From Alphaproteobacteria bacterium (GTDB taxonomy: Bacteria; Pseudomonadota; Alphaproteobacteria; SP197), in NCBI GenBank assembly GCA_965228895.1, contig OZ245842.1:1440001-1504000 (forward strand): a stretch of 64,000 nucleotides of DNA. Reading direction: 5' to 3'. Position numbers and translations under genes: made by a program. Below are positions 57,823-64,000 of this stretch, one piece after another. The stretch's first letter is position 1; each line of letters opens with the position of its first letter. Below the pieces are notes generated by a model. That model made no database searches and was not told where the DNA came from. It saw nothing but the letters and a program-made list of their open reading frames with translations.

Positions 57823-59654
57823 CGCCGCTGCTTCGTATCAGCGATCTGGTTGTCGAAGCCAGACCGCCCTCCGGCGTATGGGTACAGACCGTCAACGATG
57901 TCAGCGTCGACGTTCACCCGGGTGAGGTCGTCGCACTGATCGGTGAATCCGGTGCCGGCAAGACGACCGTGGCGCTGGCCGCGCTCGGCTACACCCGGCC
58001 GGGCACTCGGTTCAAGGCCGGCTCGGTCATCCTGGGCGACGATGACATCTTGAAGCTGTCGACCGCTGCCCGCCGTGACCTCAGGGGCAAGGACGTTGCC
58101 TACGTGGCGCAGAGTGCCCAGGCGGCCCTTAACCCCGCGATCCCGATCGGCGAGCAGGTCGCCGAGGGCCTGGTGTTGCACGGTCTGGCCAAGGAGAAAG
58201 AGGCCAACAAGCGCGCGGTTGAGCTTCTTGCCTTGCTCGACCTGCCCGACCCGCCGGCGCTTGCGCACCGCTATCCCCACCAAGCTTCGGGCGGCCAGCA
58301 GCAGCGCATCATGATGGCCATGGCCATGGCGTGCCGGCCCAAGCTTCTGGTCCTCGACGAACCGACAACCGCGCTTGACGTGACGACCCAGATCGAGGTG
58401 CTGCAGGCGATCAAGGATGTCATCCGCGAGCACGGGACAGCCGCCGTCTATGTGTCCCACGACCTCTCGGTTGTCGCCCAGGTCGCCGACCGCATCCTGG
58501 TTATGAACCAAGGCGACGTGGTCGAGCGAGGCGATACCGACGACATCCTGGAACGCCCGCGCGAGGACTACACGCGCACGCTGCTGGGCGCCGTGAAACC
58601 CAAACCCAGCCGCGACACCGCGGTATCCGATTGGGTTCCCGATGCCTCGCTGCAGCCGATCATGACGATCCGGGGCGTGAACGCGACCTATGAACGCGCG
58701 GGCATGTTCCAGACCTTGTCGCGCGAGAGCAACGTGCTGCACGATAACGACCTTGACGTCTTCCCCCAGGAAGTCCTGGCCCTGGTCGGCGAGTCCGGTA
58801 GCGGCAAGTCGACTCTGGCCCGCGTCATCGCCGGCCTGCACCCGGCGCTTAACGGCAGCGTGACGTTTCGGGGCGAACAACTGGCGGCCCGGTCCAATCA
58901 GCGCACCAAGGACCAGCTGCGGCGTATCCAGATCATCTTCCAAAGCCCGGATCAATCGTTGAACCCGGAACGGCGCATCGACGAGGCGATCGGCCGTCCG
59001 CTGGAGCTTTACTTCGGCATGTCGGGGTCCGAGAAGCAGGACCGCATTGCCGATCTCCTCGAGATGGTTGGTCTCGACGCCGACTTTGCCGGGCGCTTCC
59101 CGAGCGAGCTATCCGGCGGCCAGCGCCAGCGCGTATCGATCGCACGTGCCTTCGGCGCCGAGCCCGACATTATCCTGTGCGATGAGGTGTTGTCGTCCCT
59201 CGATACGGTCGTCGCGGCGCGCGTTCTCGACCTGATGAAGGAACTGCGCGAACAGCACAATGTCGGCTACCTCTTCATCAGCCATGACCTCTCGACCGTC
59301 GCCTCGATCGCTGACCGCGTCGCCGTCATGTATGCGGGCCGGGTGATCGATGTTGGTCCGACCAAGGAAGTCTTTGCGCCACCGCACCATCCCTATACCC
59401 AGCTTCTGATCAACTCGGTGCCGGCGCTCAAAACCGGCTGGCTGGAAGAGGTGATCGAGACACGCGAGGCCAGCGCCGGCATGCGCAGCAACATCATGCT
59501 GCATGATGAGGCCTGTCCGTTCCGCCTGCGCTGCCCTCTGGTGATCGAGGGCAAGTGTGACAGCGAACCGCCACCGCTGACCATGTTGAGCGAAACCCAC
59601 GGTATCTACTGTCAGCGCGACGCCGCCGACTTGAAGGCGGCGCAAGACCACTAG
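57819..59654 (+). CDS. Fused dual peptide ABC ATPase (DppD/F-like)
   Basis: GTG start in GTGA overlap; GESGAGKT and GESGSGKS Walker A motifs, SGGQ twice, C-terminal Cys cluster. Confidence 0.92.
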   Translation: MTPLLRISDLVVEARPPSGVWVQTVNDVSVDVHPGEVVALIGESGAGKTTVALAALGYTRPGTRFKAGSVILGDDDILKLSTAARRDLRGKDVAYVAQSAQAALNPAIPIGEQVAEGLVLHGLAKEKEANKRAVELLALLDLPDPPALAHRYPHQASGGQQQRIMMAMAMACRPKLLVLDEPTTALDVTTQIEVLQAIKDVIREHGTAAVYVSHDLSVVAQVADRILVMNQGDVVERGDTDDILERPREDYTRTLLGAVKPKPSRDTAVSDWVPDASLQPIMTIRGVNATYERAGMFQTLSRESNVLHDNDLDVFPQEVLALVGESGSGKSTLARVIAGLHPALNGSVTFRGEQLAARSNQRTKDQLRRIQIIFQSPDQSLNPERRIDEAIGRPLELYFGMSGSEKQDRIADLLEMVGLDADFAGRFPSELSGGQRQRVSIARAFGAEPDIILCDEVLSSLDTVVAARVLDLMKELREQHNVGYLFISHDLSTVASIADRVAVMYAGRVIDVGPTKEVFAPPHHPYTQLLINSVPALKTGWLEEVIETREASAGMRSNIMLHDEACPFRLRCPLVIEGKCDSEPPPLTMLSETHGIYCQRDAADLKAAQDH

Positions 59655-59661
59655 CCGATTC

Positions 59662-60258
59662 ATGGCATTGGACTATTTCATTCGCCCGGCCGAGCCCCGT
59701 GACGTCGCGGATTTGGCGCGCCTCCAGGTTCTCGGTTCCGATGGTGTCATCGAAGCTATCTATGCTGATCTGATCCCGAACCAGAGCGTGGCCGAGATGC
59801 TGGAACGCCGTTTTTTCTTCCAGAACTCGACCAAGTCGTATCGCAACTGTTGGGTCGCGGAATCAGACGGCCACGTGATCGGCGACCTGCACGCCCACCC
59901 GTTCGACGCGATGACCGGCGACCCTTCCGACCCCATTGTGCCGGATGAGCGTTACGCCGTTGTTGAGCCGTTCGATATCCTGGATCAGGCCGGCGAGGGG
60001 ACGTATCACGTCAACATTCTGGCCGTTTATCCCGACTACCAAGGACATGGTGCGGGCTCGGCACTGACCGAACTGGCGCTAGAGAATGCGCGCGGACTTG
60101 GCCTCGGCGCGGTAAGTTTGGTCTGTTTCGAGGAAAACAGACCGGCCATGGCGCTTTACGCCCGCCATGGCTTTGCCGAAGCCGCGCGTGCACCGGCCGT
60201 CAGACATCCTTTGATCCACCACGGCGGTGATCTCCTTATGCTTGTCGCGCCGGTTTGA
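59662..60258 (+). CDS. GNAT N-acetyltransferase
   Basis: LAVYPDYQGHGAGSAL, N.PA..LY.RHGF. Confidence 0.88.
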   Translation: MALDYFIRPAEPRDVADLARLQVLGSDGVIEAIYADLIPNQSVAEMLERRFFFQNSTKSYRNCWVAESDGHVIGDLHAHPFDAMTGDPSDPIVPDERYAVVEPFDILDQAGEGTYHVNILAVYPDYQGHGAGSALTELALENARGLGLGAVSLVCFEENRPAMALYARHGFAEAARAPAVRHPLIHHGGDLLMLVAPV

Positions 60259-60278
60259 CGATCAGTGGGCGAAGCGCC

Positions 60279-62321
60279 TTAGACGAGGTCCCGGGGTACA
60301 CGCTCGCTCCACTGGCGCGATGAGATCAGCTCTTCGCCGTTGTAGGCGTCGACCTTGGCCTCAAGATGGAAATCATCCTTCGTCGACCACATGCGGATCG
60401 ACGTGTCGGCTTTGACATGCCAGTCGTCGCGCGTCAGTTCGATGACCTGGACGATCTCCGCACGCGCCGAAAGCGGGTCGTCGCCGGTGATGCTGTAGCG
60501 GCGGTCCATGAACGATTGGACGACTAGGTCAATCGGATCCAGACGATAGGTGCCGTCAACGCCGAACAAACCGCCCTCCATCTGCAAGACAGACACGATT
60601 TCGCCGGTGACGAGGTCGTGCTCGATGGCGCGGCGGTAGTGCCCGGGTTTGATGTGTGTCGTCGGCACATCCGGCGCCGTTTCTGGCTCGTCAAAGACTG
60701 GCAGCCGATCATCATCGTCGCGCGGCGGACGAACCGGCAGCGTAAGCGTGCTGGCGCCCGATACGACGGTCAGCGTCACCGGTGTCGGGCTCGGCCAGAT
60801 GATCGGCCAATAGGATGTCGAGACGGCGATACGCAGGCGATGTCCTGCTGGGAAAGCGTGGGCGATGTCGTTGAGCTGCACCCTCACACGATAGTGTTCG
60901 TCCGGCACCAGCGGCTCGGGGTGCTCGTGACTGTCGCGATGAGTCAGGTTCAGGACGCCGTAGGTGACCTTGGTCGAGGCACCGTCCGGTGCGATGTCGT
61001 TGAGACGCACCGCGACCTGGGCAACCGGTTGGTCAGCGGCAATCTCCAGGTCGACCGCCGGCGCGCCCAGGATTTCGGTCCGCTCAGCCAGCGGCTCACT
61101 ATCGAAACACAGGGATCCCCGGTCGTCGGCTTGTTGGTCCGACGGCAACTCGCCCGGCAGACCGAAACCTGACCATTCGCCTGCCAGGAGGCCGGTGGTC
61201 AGCGGCGAGGCAATCGACAACGGGTCTGAAGGGCCGGGGTCGCTACCAAGCCCGTCCGCGTTCAGATGAAAGCGCCTTTCTTCTATCGTTGGTGACGGCC
61301 AGGCGCCTTCGGCCACCCATCGTCCTGGCCGGGCCTCGTAGGTCGACTGGGGCGGGACGGAGTCCTGCATCCAGGCGCGGTAAGCCGGTTCGTCGTCGAT
61401 GCCGTTGTCGATGTCCTTCAACCACCGGTCCCACCATCGACCGGCGTCTTGCAAGAAGCCGATGGCCGGTGCCGGGGTGCCGTCCTGCGGATAGATGTGC
61501 ACCCAGGGTCCGGTCAGGCCTCGGCACGGTCCGTCGAGACGCTGCAGCAGTCGCGGAATGGCGTTCGAATAACCATCGGCCCAGCCCCCGACCGCATAGA
61601 CCGGAACCTTGATGGCGCTGTAGTCCTCGCACACCGACCCGTGTTTCCAGTAGGCGTCGCGGCGGGCTTGCTCCATCCAACGGACCGGCCAGGGCCGGTT
61701 GGCGGCCAGGCGCTCCTGCCACATGGCGAGCCAGCGATCGCCGACGATCGCGGGGTCCGGCGGCCTTGCGTTGAAGACAAGCATGGCGGAGCCCCACCAC
61801 ATGTTGTCGTTCAACAGGCAGCCGCCCATGTAGTGGACGTCGTCGGCGTAACGGTCATCGGTCGAGCAGACCGTGACGATGGCCTTCAACGCCGGCGGCT
61901 GGAGCGCGGCGACTTGCAGCGCGTTGAAGCCGCCCCAGGATTTGCCCATCATACCCACGGCGCCGCTGCACCATGGCTGGTCGGCGAGCCAGGCGACGAC
62001 CTCGACGGCGTCGTCGAGCTCATGGACCTGCAGGTACTCATCCTCCAAGACACCATCCGAATCGCCCGATCCCCGCATATCGACGCGCACCGCCGCATAA
62101 CCCTGGCCGGCGAACCAGGCATGCATGGGCTGGTCCCGGTTCCGGGTGAAATCGCGCTTGCGGTAGGGGATGTACTCCAGGATCGCCGGTACCGGGTCCG
62201 CTTCTGCGTCTTCGGGAAGCCAGATGCGGGCGGCCAGACGGGTACCATCGGCAAGCTGGATCCAGGTGTTCTCAATCTCGCGTACCAGCCTGGGAAAGTC
62301 GGTTCGAATGCGTTTTGTCAT
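60279..62321 (-). CDS. CocE/NonD (peptidase S15) hydrolase
   Basis: EYIPYRKRD, GKSWGG, DDRYADDVHY, GPWVH. Confidence 0.9.
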   Translation of the reverse strand: MTKRIRTDFPRLVREIENTWIQLADGTRLAARIWLPEDAEADPVPAILEYIPYRKRDFTRNRDQPMHAWFAGQGYAAVRVDMRGSGDSDGVLEDEYLQVHELDDAVEVVAWLADQPWCSGAVGMMGKSWGGFNALQVAALQPPALKAIVTVCSTDDRYADDVHYMGGCLLNDNMWWGSAMLVFNARPPDPAIVGDRWLAMWQERLAANRPWPVRWMEQARRDAYWKHGSVCEDYSAIKVPVYAVGGWADGYSNAIPRLLQRLDGPCRGLTGPWVHIYPQDGTPAPAIGFLQDAGRWWDRWLKDIDNGIDDEPAYRAWMQDSVPPQSTYEARPGRWVAEGAWPSPTIEERRFHLNADGLGSDPGPSDPLSIASPLTTGLLAGEWSGFGLPGELPSDQQADDRGSLCFDSEPLAERTEILGAPAVDLEIAADQPVAQVAVRLNDIAPDGASTKVTYGVLNLTHRDSHEHPEPLVPDEHYRVRVQLNDIAHAFPAGHRLRIAVSTSYWPIIWPSPTPVTLTVVSGASTLTLPVRPPRDDDDRLPVFDEPETAPDVPTTHIKPGHYRRAIEHDLVTGEIVSVLQMEGGLFGVDGTYRLDPIDLVVQSFMDRRYSITGDDPLSARAEIVQVIELTRDDWHVKADTSIRMWSTKDDFHLEAKVDAYNGEELISSRQWSERVPRDLV

Positions 62322-62413
62322 GGACGATTCGCTCAATTTGCCGGACAAGATGGTGAGCTATCATGAGCGTGCCCGGGCCTTGGGTCGAGCGCGCTGTGTC
62401 GTCTGGAGGAAGC

Positions 62414-64000
62414 ATGGTTCAGAACTTGCCCGACCGCGCTCAGGTGGTCATCGTCGGCGGCGGTATCGTCGGCTGCAGCGTTGCTTATCACCTCGTCCAG
62501 TTGGGCTGGACAGACGTCGTGCTGCTTGAGCGTGACCAGTTGACGTCCGGCACCACGTGGCATGCCGCGGGTCTGGTCGGCCAGCTTCGGCCATCGCGCA
62601 ACCTGACCCAGCTTGCGGCCTATTCGGTCGAGCTCTACCCGAAACTCGAGGCCGAAACCGGTCAGATGACCGGGTTCAAGCAGAACGGCGCGATTACCGT
62701 CGCCCAGACCGAGGACCGCTTCACCGAGCTCAAGCGCGCGGCGTCCATGGCCAATGCCTTCGGCGTCGACGTCGAAGTCCTGACGCCGGCAGAGGTCGCC
62801 AAGCTGCACCCGGTGACCGAGACGTCCGATCTGGTTGGCGCTGTCTTTATGCCTAAGGACGGTCAGACCAACCCGACCGACACGACGGCGGCGCTGGCGA
62901 AGGGCGCGCGCATGGGCGGGGCCAAGATCATCGAACAATGTCCCGCGCGCCGCATCGAGACGGCCAACGGGCGTGCCAACGCGGTTGTCACCGACCACGG
63001 CCGGATCGAATGCGAGTATGTCGTCCTGGCCGGCGGCATGTGGACGCGGGATCTGGCGGCGTCGATCGGCCTGACTGTGCCGCTTCATGCCGCCGAGCAC
63101 ATGTACATCGTGACCGAGCCGATGCCGGACGTGCCCGCCGACCTGCCGGTGCTGCGCGACTACGACGCCTGCATCTACATCAAAGAGGACGCCGGCAAGC
63201 TGCTGGTCGGTGGTTTCGAGCCTGTTGCCAAACCGTGGGCTGTTGACGGGGTGCCTGACGATGCCTCGTTCACGGTCCTGCCGGAAGACTGGGACCACTT
63301 CGAAATCCTGATGGACGGTGGCCTGAAGCGAATTCCCGCACTCGCGGAGGCTGGCATTCGCCAGTTCTTCAACGGGCCGGAGAGTTTTACACCGGACAAC
63401 CGCTACTACATGGGCCGCGCGCCGGAGACGCAGAACGTCTATGTCGCCGCAGGTTTGAATTCGATCGGCATTGCCTCGGCGCCGGGTATCGGTCAGGCGC
63501 TGGCGCAATGGATTGTCGATGGCGAGTCGCCCATGGACCTGTGGGATGTCGACATCACCCGCGTCGAGCCGTTCCAGAAGGCACGCACCTATCTGCGCGA
63601 TCGCACGGTCGAATCGCTCGGCCTGCTCTACGCCATGCATTGGCCCGACCGCCAGCCGGAGACCGCGCGTGGCGCGCGGCGATTGCCCTATCACGACAAG
63701 CTTCTTGAGCAGGGTGCGGTCATGGGCGTTGCATCGGGTTGGGAGCGGCCGATGTTCTATGCCGAGGGCAGTGAAGACCGCGACTACGTCTATTCGTTCG
63801 GCAAGCCTTGCTGGCACGATGCGGCGGCGCGGGAGGCGCATGCGACACGTAACGATGTCGCGCTTTATGACCTCACGCCGTTTGCCAAGTTCGAGGTCCA
63901 GGGCGCCGATGCCGAGCACCAGCTTCAGCGGTTGTGCGCGAATGACATCGCACAGGAAGAAAACCGTGCGGTCTATACCCAGATGCTCAACCCCAAGGGC
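62414..64000 (+). CDS. GcvT-family FAD oxidoreductase (dimethylglycine/sarcosine dehydrogenase-like), runs off the window
   Basis: Not in the ORF track; GGAGGA RBS and MVQNLPDRAQVVIVGGGIVGCSVAYHL...LTSGTTWHAAG...NGPESFTPD...GWERP. Confidence 0.9.
   Translation, partial: MVQNLPDRAQVVIVGGGIVGCSVAYHLVQLGWTDVVLLERDQLTSGTTWHAAGLVGQLRPSRNLTQLAAYSVELYPKLEAETGQMTGFKQNGAITVAQTEDRFTELKRAASMANAFGVDVEVLTPAEVAKLHPVTETSDLVGAVFMPKDGQTNPTDTTAALAKGARMGGAKIIEQCPARRIETANGRANAVVTDHGRIECEYVVLAGGMWTRDLAASIGLTVPLHAAEHMYIVTEPMPDVPADLPVLRDYDACIYIKEDAGKLLVGGFEPVAKPWAVDGVPDDASFTVLPEDWDHFEILMDGGLKRIPALAEAGIRQFFNGPESFTPDNRYYMGRAPETQNVYVAAGLNSIGIASAPGIGQALAQWIVDGESPMDLWDVDITRVEPFQKARTYLRDRTVESLGLLYAMHWPDRQPETARGARRLPYHDKLLEQGAVMGVASGWERPMFYAEGSEDRDYVYSFGKPCWHDAAAREAHATRNDVALYDLTPFAKFEVQGADAEHQLQRLCANDIAQEENRAVYTQMLNPKG

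Noticed and set aside
1-64000. Prophage, IS, integron, CRISPR-Cas or defence island
   Set aside because: No integrase, transposase, phage or cas motifs, and no obvious compositional break seen by eye.

Overview
GC-rich bacterial DNA, most likely alphaproteobacterial (inferred from gene families and the REP-type repeat). It is densely coding, with about 53 genes, mostly catabolic enzymes and transporters. Left to right: MATE exporter (truncated by the window edge); hydantoinase/oxoprolinase A+B; an SDR-MaoC-MaoC-DUF35-thiolase-like operon; two tandem histamine/trimethylamine dehydrogenase-family flavoenzymes; a GntR-linked amidase/M24/nitrilase/peptide-SBP module; three enolase-superfamily enzymes; a 1310-bp tandem duplication of a betaine/TmoX-type binding-protein transcription unit; acoABC; a Rieske oxygenase; AlkA+AlkC repair genes; two CocE/NonD hydrolases around a peptide ABC system; and a GcvT-family oxidoreductase (truncated). 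The main hidden feature is a deiodinase-like thioredoxin-fold selenoprotein at 11247-11957. The ORF track splits it in two; it has an in-frame UGA at the catalytic UxxC position and a SECIS-like hairpin 30 nt downstream. Also notable are a candidate leaderless uORF attenuator upstream of the first MATE gene and a shared GntR operator motif. No tRNA, rRNA, CRISPR array, transposase or prophage gene was seen. All product calls come from motif recognition by eye; no database search was run.
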